Position numbers and translations under genes: made by a program
Assembly (NCBI RefSeq): GCF_000011805.1
Contig: NC_006840.2
Strand: one strand, 5' to 3'
DNA length: 32,000 nucleotides
Origin: Aliivibrio fischeri ES114
GTDB lineage: Bacteria; Pseudomonadota; Gammaproteobacteria; Enterobacterales; Vibrionaceae
In this document: piece by piece, positions 1 to 8,240 of the stretch
How positions within the stretch are numbered: the first letter of the stretch is position 1
Layout: every line of letters starts with the position of its first letter
Notes under the pieces: generated by a model
The model's input: the letters and a program-made list of their open reading frames with translations, nothing else
The model's database searches: none
What the model was told of the DNA's origin: nothing

Positions 1-1720
1 CAGGTTCTTGACTTTTTGGCGCATATTCAGACAAAGTTTGGACAATGGTTCGAATATCACGAATTGGAATTGCTTCATTCAATAAATTCTGAAGCACTTT
101 TACAACCGCACCCAGAGGTAATTGATCAGGAACCAGACCCTCAACTAACTTAGGTGAGCTCTGCGCCAACAACTCAAGTAAGTTCTGAACTTCTTCGTGA
201 CCTAACAGCTGAGCTGCATTATTTGTTAATAACTGACTTAAGTGCGTTGCCAGTACTGTTGCTGCATCTACTACAGTATAGCCTAATGCTTGAGCGTGCT
301 CTCTTTGCTCTTCATTAATCCAAACCGCTTCTAATCCAAACGCTGGATCAAATGTTGGTTCACCTTCAATCGAACCATAAACCTGACCTGGATTGATAGC
401 CAATTCTTTATCAGGACGAATTTCTGCTTCACCACCAGCTACGCCCATTAGAGTAATACGATATACGTTTGGCGGTAATTCTAAGTTATCTCGAATATGT
501 ACAGCAGGTACTAAGAAGCCAAAATCTTGAGATAGCTTCTTACGAACCCCTTTCACACGATCAAGTAATTCACCACCTTGCTCTTTATCTACCATAGGGA
601 TCAAGCGGTAACCCACTTCTAAACCAATAACATCAACAGGTTGAACGTCATCCCATGATAATTCTTTTGGTTGTGAAGCCGACAGTTCCATTGGTGGTGC
701 AGCTTTCTGCTCTTCGCTTTCTTGCTCTTTTTTCTTGGTTAAATAATACGACCAACCACCCGCTAATAATGCCAATAAGATGAATGGAAAATGGGGCATA
801 CCAGGAACGATACCCATAACAAACATGATACCTGCTGTTACCATTAATGCTTTGGGATTATCAACTAATTGGAAAACCAGTTGTTCACCCATATCTTCAT
901 CGGTGTTTTGGCGAGTAACCATAATAGCGGCACCAATCGATAAAAGAAGTGATGGAATTTGAGCAACCAAGCCATCACCAATCGTTAGCAATGTGTAGAT
1001 TTGAATCGCTTCACCAAAGCCAAGATTGAATTGCGCCATACCTATGGCAAGGCCACCAATGATGTTAATAAATAGAATAAGAATACCGGCGATGGCATCC
1101 CCTTTTACGAATTTAGAAGCACCGTCCATTGAACCATAAAAGTCCGCTTCTTTTGTCACTTCAAAACGACGAATACGTGCTTGATCTTGGTCAATCAAGC
1201 CTGCGTTTAAATCGGCATCGATCGCCATTTGTTTACCTGGTAATGCATCCAAGGTAAAACGAGCACTGACTTCAGAAATACGACCCGCACCTTTGGTTAC
1301 AACCATGAAGTTAATGATCATTAGGATAATGAATACAATTAAACCAACCGCATAGTTACCACCGATAACCACATTACCAAAAGCATCGATAACGTGACCT
1401 GCGGCACCAGGCCCTTCATGACCATGTAAAAGAACCACTCGTGTTGAAGCAACGTTCAAAGCAAGACGTAATAGTGTTGATACCAGAAGTATCGTCGGAA
1501 ACGCTGCAAAATCCAGAGGTCGGCGGGTATAGATAGTCACAAGTAACACCACCATGGCTAAGGCAATGTTAAAGGTAAACATTAAATCGAGTAAGAAGGC
1601 CGGTATGGGTAAAATTACCATTGCCAGTGTGGACAACACTAATACAGGTACACCGATTGGTGGTATACCTCGCCCCTGTAGAGCTGATAATTTATTTGGC
1701 AGCGGAATTGGAAATTTCAT
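1..1720 (-). CDS. flhA: Flagellar type III export gate protein FlhA, N-terminal ~573 codons only (C-terminus lies beyond the left window edge)
   Basis: Absent from the ORF track because it is open to the window edge. Hand translation of the reverse strand from the ATG at 1720 gives MKFPIPLPNKLSALQGRGIPPIGVPVLVLSTLAMVILPIPAFLLD..., then a multi-TM region, then ...KKLSQDFGFLVPAVHIRDNLELPPNVYRI..., which is typical FlhA. There is no stop down to position 1. Confidence 0.93.
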   Translation of the reverse strand, partial: MKFPIPLPNKLSALQGRGIPPIGVPVLVLSTLAMVILPIPAFLLDLMFTFNIALAMVVLLVTIYTRRPLDFAAFPTILLVSTLLRLALNVASTRVVLLHGHEGPGAAGHVIDAFGNVVIGGNYAVGLIVFIILMIINFMVVTKGAGRISEVSARFTLDALPGKQMAIDADLNAGLIDQDQARIRRFEVTKEADFYGSMDGASKFVKGDAIAGILILFINIIGGLAIGMAQFNLGFGEAIQIYTLLTIGDGLVAQIPSLLLSIGAAIMVTRQNTDEDMGEQLVFQLVDNPKALMVTAGIMFVMGIVPGMPHFPFILLALLAGGWSYYLTKKKEQESEEQKAAPPMELSASQPKELSWDDVQPVDVIGLEVGYRLIPMVDKEQGGELLDRVKGVRKKLSQDFGFLVPAVHIRDNLELPPNVYRITLMGVAGGEAEIRPDKELAINPGQVYGSIEGEPTFDPAFGLEAVWINEEQREHAQALGYTVVDAATVLATHLSQLLTNNAAQLLGHEEVQNLLELLAQSSPKLVEGLVPDQLPLGAVVKVLQNLLNEAIPIRDIRTIVQTLSEYAPKSQEP

Positions 1721-1799
1721 TAACTTCTACTTCTTCTAAACTCGTATTTCTTACGAAATAAATATTAAGTGACTAATAGCGTAATTACTTTGCTACTAA

Positions 1800-1815
1800 A
1801 GCAAATTTCGAGCCA
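1800..1815 (-). promoter_or_regulatory. Putative sigma54 (-24/-12) promoter of flhA
   Basis: The reverse strand reads TGGCTCGAAATTTGCT, with GG and GC at the canonical spacing of TGGCAC-N5-TTGC. It lies about 80 nt upstream of the flhA ATG. Confidence 0.6.
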
Positions 1816-1924
1816 GATTAATGTCACTTTTTTGGCTTGTTCTCGCTCCTTTTTTGGCATATTAGCACAATCTTGCAAATTCAATACTAACTATTTAATT
1901 TTAAAAGAAAAATAAGAAACTTAA

Positions 1925-1952
1925 TTGAAAAAAATGCGGTTCTTTGTATAAT
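1925..1952 (+). promoter_or_regulatory. Putative sigma70 promoter of the PilZ gene (TTGAAA-N16-TATAAT)
   Basis: TTGAAA at 1925-1930, a 16-nt spacer, and a perfect TATAAT at 1947-1952, about 50 nt upstream of the ATG at 2005. The -10 lies inside copy 1 of a tandem duplication. Confidence 0.5.
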
Positions 1953-1984
1953 TAATCCTTTGTTCTTTGTATAATTAACCCTTT
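1939..1984 (+). repeat. Tandem direct duplication, 2 x 23 bp (GTTCTTTGTATAATTAATCCTTT / GTTCTTTGTATAATTAACCCTTT)
   Basis: Read directly. The copies at 1939-1961 and 1962-1984 differ at one base, and each carries TATAAT. Confidence 0.95.
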
Positions 1985-2004
1985 ATTTATTTCTTGGTGT
2001 TGCA

Positions 2005-2682
2005 ATGACAAGTGTATCGCTTAGTACAGATCAAAATGTACTTAACAAAATGGATATTGGTAGTCGCGTCATCATTGAAGTTACTTGTCCAAATGGCCAA
2101 TCCGCGCAAGCAAATTCACAGTTGATAGGATTCAAAAAAGGACATTACGTTTTCATTGAATACCCATCTTCACCTCCTCTTGAGTTTAATAAAATCTACC
2201 TAGAAGGTGCCGACGTTACTTTTCGTGCAATAACAAACACTACTCACTGTGATGTTATTGCCTTTAAAACGACGATTCACTCTGTAATTTATCGTCCAAT
2301 GGAAATGATTTGTCTGCATGCACCAAGTAGCATTACGATGAAACCCATCCGAACCCACCGACGAATTGAAAGTAAATTTTCATGCAATTTATCAGTAAAT
2401 GAACAAAATTTAACGGGTGTCATGAGAGATTTTTCTTTCGGTGGATGTGCCATTGCCTTACCATCAAAACTCAGTCCTGATAGCTTACTAAATAAAAAAA
2501 TTGCATTAACAATAGAGATCGAAAGTCTTGAACCGATTTCTGTTCGTGGTGAAATTAAAAATATAGATGTAAAAGAGTCACAATCGAAAATTGGAGTCAT
2601 GTTTGATACTGACGGCATCAGTGAATCCGAATTGCAAACTCTTCATCACCAATGCGTTCTTAAAGGCTGGGATAAACAATAA
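2005..2682 (+). CDS. YcgR-like PilZ-domain c-di-GMP receptor (candidate flagellar brake/clutch protein)
   Basis: 225-aa ORF. The C-terminal half carries both PilZ signatures: RxxxR (R116-T-H-R-R120) and D/NxSxxG (D142-F-S-F-G-G147), 21 residues apart. A ~110-aa N-terminal domain precedes them, as in YcgR. It is the only + strand gene in the window. Confidence 0.8.
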   Translation: MTSVSLSTDQNVLNKMDIGSRVIIEVTCPNGQSAQANSQLIGFKKGHYVFIEYPSSPPLEFNKIYLEGADVTFRAITNTTHCDVIAFKTTIHSVIYRPMEMICLHAPSSITMKPIRTHRRIESKFSCNLSVNEQNLTGVMRDFSFGGCAIALPSKLSPDSLLNKKIALTIEIESLEPISVRGEIKNIDVKESQSKIGVMFDTDGISESELQTLHHQCVLKGWDKQ

Positions 2683-2704
2683 AGTAAGTTATTGTCTATT
2701 TTTT
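2676..2704 (+). terminator. Weak AT-rich hairpin plus T-tract, possible terminator of the PilZ gene
   Basis: ACAATAA-agtaag-TTATTGT followed by CTATTTTTT. The stem spans the PilZ stop codon, and the T-tract is the complement of the last flhB codons (..K K stop). Confidence 0.3.
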
Positions 2705-3826
2705 CAATTCATCAGGAATAGTTAGCGTACTTTCATCTAACTCAGGCTTAGTACCACCTTTCTTCTTATACTGCTTCATCTGGAATATATACGCCAAAAT
2801 CTGTGCAACCGCAGCAAATAAACCATCAGGGATCTGTTGTTCTAATTCCGTTGAATGATATAACGCACGAGCCAATGGTGGAGCAGGTAAAATATCAATA
2901 TTGTGCTCACGTGCAATCTCACGGATCTTCATCGCTACGTGATCGACCCCTTTAGCAACAACGATCGGCGCCGCATCTTTACTTTGATCATATCGCAAAG
3001 CCACTGAGTAGTGCTCTGGGTTCGTCACCACAACATCTGCGGATGGTACATCAGCCATCATTCGACGTTGAGTCATTTCACGTTGAAGCATACGGATACG
3101 CCCTTTTACTTCTGGCTTACCTTCCGTTTCTTTATATTCATCTTTTACTTCTTGCTTAGTCATTTTTAACTGATTTGCGTGTTGCCAAATTTGAAAAGGA
3201 ATATCAATGGCGACCACAATCAGTAAAGTACAACTGATCAAAAGTATGAAATTTAATAATATGTCTAATGAGTGAAAAATATTGGCTGGATACGTATCCA
3301 AGCTTAATTGGAACAGATCTTCTTTACTGCCTTCAATTAAATAAAAAGCCATTCCCCCAACAAGAGACACTTTCAGAATAGACTTTAAAAGTTCAACCCA
3401 ACTCTGCATACCAAACATACGTTTAATGCCCGACATTGGGTTCATTTTTGAAAATTTTGGCATCGCCGCTTCAGATGAAAAGCTGATCCCACCAAGGCCA
3501 GCAGCACCAGCTAATGCAGCAACAAACAGAGTAATCAAAATAAGAAAGACAGGAAAAACCAATGCAATCAATGCACCACCAACAATTTCAAGTAACTTAT
3601 TGGTGTCATAAATCTCTTCTCTCGATATAGAAAAGAAACGTTCCATTACAGAAAATAACGCTCTTGCTACATCTTCACCAAACCACATTAAGGCAACGGC
3701 GCCACAAACCAAAACAGAAACAGAAGCGAGTTCTTTTGACCTTGCAACCTGCCCTTTATCTTTGGCCTGTTGCAAGCGTTTGGACGTGGCGTCTTCGGTA
3801 CGTTCTTGACCGTCACTCTCAGCCAT
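2696..3826 (-). CDS. flhB: Flagellar export switch protein FlhB
   Basis: 376 aa. The N-terminus MAESDGQERTEDATSKRLQQAKDKGQVARSKEL is typical FlhB. It has four TM segments and the autocleavage motif NP(T/E)H, seen here as VVTNPEHYSVAL. Confidence 0.96.
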   Translation of the reverse strand: MAESDGQERTEDATSKRLQQAKDKGQVARSKELASVSVLVCGAVALMWFGEDVARALFSVMERFFSISREEIYDTNKLLEIVGGALIALVFPVFLILITLFVAALAGAAGLGGISFSSEAAMPKFSKMNPMSGIKRMFGMQSWVELLKSILKVSLVGGMAFYLIEGSKEDLFQLSLDTYPANIFHSLDILLNFILLISCTLLIVVAIDIPFQIWQHANQLKMTKQEVKDEYKETEGKPEVKGRIRMLQREMTQRRMMADVPSADVVVTNPEHYSVALRYDQSKDAAPIVVAKGVDHVAMKIREIAREHNIDILPAPPLARALYHSTELEQQIPDGLFAAVAQILAYIFQMKQYKKKGGTKPELDESTLTIPDELKK

Positions 3827-3871
3827 ATCTAATGACCTCCACGGTCGTGTTAATTAATAATAATTTCATAA

Positions 3872-4654
3872 TCAACAATCTAATCGGATCATGCTACATA
3901 TCTGCTCTTCAGCACGAAGCCAATGCAGATCATAGTGATTAAACAAGCCCAAAATAATATAAGACGTCAGCAATAAACCAACGAGTAAGGCAAAAGCAAA
4001 ACCTAATGAGAAGATATTTAACTGCGGTGCTGCACGAGTCATTACACCAAAAGAAAGGTTAACCGTCAGTAAGGCGATGATGCCTGATAACGACATACTT
4101 AACCCGGCCTTCATCATAATACCAAGCCAACTTGCCATGGATTGATAATCCACACTCGTGAGCTTACCAACCCCCACGGGTAAGGTTGTAAAACTCATCA
4201 CCACAAAGTTAATCATTTTTAAATGCCCATCGGTTCCTAGAAAAAACAGAATCGATAAGAACATGAATAATTGACCAAGTAGTGGCGTATTCTGACCATT
4301 GGCAGGGTCAACCATGGATGCAAAACCTAAACTCGATTGCATACCCAAAATTTGCCCTAAAAGTACGAAGGTTTGAGTAACAAATACAGTGACCATCCCC
4401 ATTGCTACACCAATAATGATCTGCTCTGCTGTGGTCATAAAACCTTGGAAAGAGACCAATTGAATTCCAGGAGGCATAGCTGGAATAGCGGGCATAACAG
4501 CAAAGGTAATGCTTAAACCAAGATAGAGTCGAATTCGAGGCGACACAAAACGAGCCCCAAATACCGACATCACCATTAACATGGCTGAAATACGGGTATA
4601 AGGCCAGAAATACGTAGCTATAAAATCTAAAACTATTTGAGTTGGATATTCCAT
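3872..4654 (-). CDS. fliR: Flagellar export apparatus protein FliR
   Basis: 260-aa polytopic membrane protein, placed between fliQ and flhB as in all fliPQR-flhB operons. Confidence 0.93.
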   Translation of the reverse strand: MEYPTQIVLDFIATYFWPYTRISAMLMVMSVFGARFVSPRIRLYLGLSITFAVMPAIPAMPPGIQLVSFQGFMTTAEQIIIGVAMGMVTVFVTQTFVLLGQILGMQSSLGFASMVDPANGQNTPLLGQLFMFLSILFFLGTDGHLKMINFVVMSFTTLPVGVGKLTSVDYQSMASWLGIMMKAGLSMSLSGIIALLTVNLSFGVMTRAAPQLNIFSLGFAFALLVGLLLTSYIILGLFNHYDLHWLRAEEQICSMIRLDC

Positions 4655-4691
4655 AACATTAGCTCATGTGCATCAATTCAGAGTGCACACG

Positions 4692-4961
4692 TCAATAGAG
4701 TACCGTTGGCATTCGAGCAATAAGTTCATAAAAGTATTCCATCAACATACGCGTCATCCAATGCCCAAATAACATCAGAGCAAGCAAGGTAACAATAAGA
4801 CGCGGTAAGAAGCTTAATGTCTGTTCGTTGATCGAGGTTGCCGCTTGGAATACCGCAACAACTAAACCAATTAACAAACTTGGAATAATGATGGCACATA
4901 CCATGATTAACACCATGTAAAGCGCACCACGGAATAGATCTATCGCCATTTCAGGGGTCAT
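4692..4961 (-). CDS. fliQ: Flagellar export apparatus protein FliQ
   Basis: 89 aa with two hydrophobic helices, in the conserved position after fliP. Confidence 0.93.
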   Translation of the reverse strand: MTPEMAIDLFRGALYMVLIMVCAIIIPSLLIGLVVAVFQAATSINEQTLSFLPRLIVTLLALMLFGHWMTRMLMEYFYELIARMPTVLY

Positions 4962-4970
4962 GATTGCTCC

Positions 4971-5840
4971 TTAAGTTGCAAAACTGCCTGCGAGGGTGGA
5001 TAGGATCAAATTCCAACCATCCACTAATACAAACAACATTAACTTAAACGGTAATGATACGATCATTGGAGAAAGCATCATCATACCCATTGCCATTAAT
5101 ACCGATGCCACCACTAAATCGATGATCAAGAACGGCAAGAAAAGCATGAAACCTATTTGGAAAGCAGTCTTTAGCTCTGAAGTAATAAACGCCGGAATAA
5201 CCACTGTAATTGGCACATCTTCTGGGTTTTCAGCTTCAACACCCGACATATTTACAAAGGTTTCTAAATCTTTTACTCGTGTTTGAGCTAGCATGAACTC
5301 TTTCATCGGAACCTGTGCAACATCAAACGCTTCACGAGCTGTGATTTCTTCATTGATATAAGGTTGAATCGCCGTGTTATTTACTTTATCAAACACCGGA
5401 GCCATGATGAAAAACGTCAAAAACATCGCAATACCAATAATAACTTGGTTTGATGGCGTTTGTTGTAAACCCATAGCTTGACGCAAAATCGACATCACAA
5501 CGACAATACGGGTAAAAGAGGTCATTAAAATAACCATTGCAGGCAAAAAGCCCAACATGGTCATTAGACCTAAAATCTGTAAATTTACAGAATAATCTTC
5601 ACCACCATTGGCATTGGTTGTCATGGTAAATGCAGGGATACCACTACCAGAACTGCTGCCTTTTGCTATGGTTTTTGCTGCTCCAGCCTCTTTTTCCATA
5701 GCAGTAACCGTCATGCCTTCAGCACTAGCGGCAGTTTGAGGAATAGAAGAAGCGAGATCATCTACCGCCCAAGCAGGAGATGCCATAAAGAAGAGTGAAA
5801 ATGCCGCCAAAACGGCGGCAATAAAATTAGTTTTTAGCAT
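4971..5840 (-). CDS. fliP: Flagellar export apparatus protein FliP
   Basis: 289 aa. It has a signal peptide (..ASPAWA/VDD) and the conserved core ..[28 protein letters not shown]... Its start overlaps the fliO end by 14 nt. Confidence 0.95.
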   Translation of the reverse strand: MLKTNFIAAVLAAFSLFFMASPAWAVDDLASSIPQTAASAEGMTVTAMEKEAGAAKTIAKGSSSGSGIPAFTMTTNANGGEDYSVNLQILGLMTMLGFLPAMVILMTSFTRIVVVMSILRQAMGLQQTPSNQVIIGIAMFLTFFIMAPVFDKVNNTAIQPYINEEITAREAFDVAQVPMKEFMLAQTRVKDLETFVNMSGVEAENPEDVPITVVIPAFITSELKTAFQIGFMLFLPFLIIDLVVASVLMAMGMMMLSPMIVSLPFKLMLFVLVDGWNLILSTLAGSFAT

Positions 5841-6219
5841 TTTTTTTCATCAGTTGGCTAAGTTGAGAAGAGAAAGGCGTCATGGTGTTTTCATTTACCT
5901 CTAACGGCTTATCTAGCTTACTTAGCATATTGATATTTTGAGAGGTGATCCCGATTAAGAATTGCTCCTCTCCAACTTGAACGACCGCGATTCGCTCTTT
6001 TGTTCCAACAGGCAGTTGCTTAACAATACTCATCGCACTGCCTGATGTTCCTGTTACACCAGGAAATCGCATTCTCTTTAATAGCCAAGCAAAAAAGAGA
6101 ATTAATGCGATAACAAAAATCAGCGAACCTAATGTTGCCGCTAAATCAACATTAGCCTTTTCAGCTGCAAATAGAGGAAAAGGCACTAATGCCAATAACC
6201 ATAGCTTTTTCATACCCAA
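5827..6219 (-). CDS. fliO: Flagellar biosynthesis protein FliO
   Basis: 130 aa with a single TM segment, between fliN and fliP and overlapping the fliP start. Confidence 0.85.
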   Translation of the reverse strand: MGMKKLWLLALVPFPLFAAEKANVDLAATLGSLIFVIALILFFAWLLKRMRFPGVTGTSGSAMSIVKQLPVGTKERIAVVQVGEEQFLIGITSQNINMLSKLDKPLEVNENTMTPFSSQLSQLMKKNAKN

Positions 6220-6236
6220 TCCCTATTCGTGTTTAA

Positions 6237-6626
6237 TTAACGAAGTTTTTTGATGCGTTCAGTTTGGCTGATAACGTCAGTTAAACGGATACCAAACTTG
6301 TCATTCACGACAACCACTTCACCATGAGCGATAAGTGTGCCATTAACCATTACATCTAGAGACTCACCAGCAATTCGGTCAAGTTCAACAACAGAACCTT
6401 GGTTAAGTTGCAGTAAGTTACGAATGCTAATGTGTGAACGACCTACTTCCATAGAAATCGTTACAGGAATATCTAGAATCGTATCAAGCTTACGACGTTC
6501 ATCTTCGTTGAACTCTGGCGCTTTTTCTTCTAGATCTTCTAAAGGTGCGGTTACTGCTTGAGCTTCTGCACTTTCACTTAATGCTGCTGCCCATTCGTCA
6601 GCCATTTGTTGTTCATTTGAATCCAT
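6237..6626 (-). CDS. fliN: Flagellar motor switch protein FliN
   Basis: 129 aa with an acidic N-terminus and a C-terminal SpoA-type domain (..ILDIPVTISMEVGRSHISIRNLLQLNQGSVVELD..VNGTLIAHGEVVVVNDKFGIRLTDV). Confidence 0.96.
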   Translation of the reverse strand: MDSNEQQMADEWAAALSESAEAQAVTAPLEDLEEKAPEFNEDERRKLDTILDIPVTISMEVGRSHISIRNLLQLNQGSVVELDRIAGESLDVMVNGTLIAHGEVVVVNDKFGIRLTDVISQTERIKKLR

Positions 6627-6648
6627 GATCCACTACCTTCTCTGTTTC

Positions 6649-7683
6649 TTATTCTTCATCATCTAAATCAAACAATACGTCTTTGCCTAAGAAGGCTAAG
6701 TCCGTTTTCACCATATCTGGGCGCTTGATTTTCTCAGTAATCTGTATTGCTAATTTGTCGTTAGATTGACCGACTTTACCGCGGTAAGTTGGTAGGTCTT
6801 CTACAAATACGGTTGCTGCTTCTGGCATTTCTACTGGGATGATATCGCCAGCTTCCAGCTCCATTAGATCGCGTAATGAGATTTGGCTTTCTAATAGATT
6901 CACTTTCATTTCAACTGGAACATCCATGATTTCGTCACGCAATGCCTTGCTCCAACGAACATCAGTGTCCATCTTGTCACTTTGTACACCGGCATCCAGT
7001 AACTCACGGATAGGTTCAACCATTGAATATGGGAAAACAACGTGGAAATCACCACCACCGCCATCCACTTCAATATGGAATGAACTTACAACGATAACCT
7101 CTGTCGGGCTCACGATGTTTGCCATGGTTGGGTTCACTTCTGAGTCAAGGTACTCAAACTCGACCCCCATAACTGGCGACCAAGCTTCTTTGTAATCTTC
7201 AAAAATCACTTTTAGCAATAATTGAATGATACGACGTTCAGTTGGGGTAAATTCACGACCTTCGATCTTAGCGTGGAAACGACCGTCACCACCAAAGAAG
7301 TTCTCTACCAAAATAAACACTAATCGAGCTTCCATCGTTACTAAAGCGGTACCTTTAAGTGGACGGAAACGCACCATGTTTAAACTGGTTGGTACATATA
7401 AGGTATTTTGATACTCACCAAACTTCACCATTGAAACACCGTTAATCGATACTTCAGCGGTTTTTCTTAACATATTAAATAAGCTAATACGCATATGGCG
7501 TGCAAAGCGCTCGTTAATCAATTCCAGTGTTGGCATTCGACCACGAACGATTCGGTCTTGTGATGAGAAATCAAAGCTCTTCATCGAGCCTACATTGTCA
7601 TCATTACCGACAACATCATCTTCTACATCATCTACACCGTGGAGTAGAGCATCAATTTCGTCTTGGGATAGTAGATCTGTCAC
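6649..7683 (-). CDS. fliM: Flagellar motor switch protein FliM
   Basis: 344 aa. The N-terminal CheY-P binding motif LSQDEIDALL is present, and the body is typical FliM. Confidence 0.96.
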   Translation of the reverse strand: MTDLLSQDEIDALLHGVDDVEDDVVGNDDNVGSMKSFDFSSQDRIVRGRMPTLELINERFARHMRISLFNMLRKTAEVSINGVSMVKFGEYQNTLYVPTSLNMVRFRPLKGTALVTMEARLVFILVENFFGGDGRFHAKIEGREFTPTERRIIQLLLKVIFEDYKEAWSPVMGVEFEYLDSEVNPTMANIVSPTEVIVVSSFHIEVDGGGGDFHVVFPYSMVEPIRELLDAGVQSDKMDTDVRWSKALRDEIMDVPVEMKVNLLESQISLRDLMELEAGDIIPVEMPEAATVFVEDLPTYRGKVGQSNDKLAIQITEKIKRPDMVKTDLAFLGKDVLFDLDDEE

Positions 7684-7690
7684 ATTAAAC

Positions 7691-8182
7691 CTATTGCATT
7701 ACAAAGTCGGTAAATAATACTTTTTCAACTACAGGCTTAGCTGTAATTTTAGTAAAGGCATCTTGGATATCACGTGTCGCTTGCTCACGTAGTTCAATTC
7801 GGCCACGTGGTTCTCTTAACTGTTCAACGGTTGCAGCTGCAAATGTCGATAATAAAGCACTCTCAATAAGCGGAGTATGCTGTTTAGCAACCGCTTCATT
7901 ATCCGTACCACGCATCATGACTTGTACTTTTAACTGTACTAAGCGATCACGTTTATCTCCGGTCACATTAAAGATAAATGGCTGAGGTAAATTTAAATAC
8001 AGTGCTGGCATATTCGCTTCTAAAGCGGCAATATCTTGCTCTGTTGGTTCTGGTGCTGGCTCGCTTGACATAAAGAACCAAGCAGCAACGCCTCCACCAA
8101 TCAGCAATAAAGCAACTAATGCAATAATGATCATTAGTTTCTTCTTACCTTTAGGCACATCACCTTGTTCAGCCATTCTCAT
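7691..8182 (-). CDS. fliL: Flagellar basal-body-associated protein FliL
   Basis: 163 aa with a single N-terminal TM segment and a FliL-like periplasmic domain. The second ATG (8176, MAEQGD..) has better Shine-Dalgarno spacing (GAGGA-N6-ATG) and may be the real start. Confidence 0.9.
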   Translation of the reverse strand: MRMAEQGDVPKGKKKLMIIIALVALLLIGGGVAAWFFMSSEPAPEPTEQDIAALEANMPALYLNLPQPFIFNVTGDKRDRLVQLKVQVMMRGTDNEAVAKQHTPLIESALLSTFAAATVEQLREPRGRIELREQATRDIQDAFTKITAKPVVEKVLFTDFVMQ

Positions 8183-8240
8183 TCCTCTTTAAATAACTTA
8201 TTAATTTTTATTTTAATGTCGCTAATTTGTATTATTGTGT

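Noticed and set aside
780-1739. Plus-strand ORFs of 60-61 aa (780-962 and 1554-1739)
   Set aside because: They lie antisense inside the flhA coding region. They have odd composition and no RBS, and they look like typical shadow ORFs.
2289-2618. 109-aa minus-strand ORF inside the PilZ gene
   Set aside because: It is completely nested antisense to an ORF with clear PilZ motifs. It has no start context and no recognisable features.
3426-3942. Plus-strand ORFs antisense to flhB and the fliR end
   Set aside because: These are shadow frames of well-supported membrane-protein genes, and nothing independent supports them.
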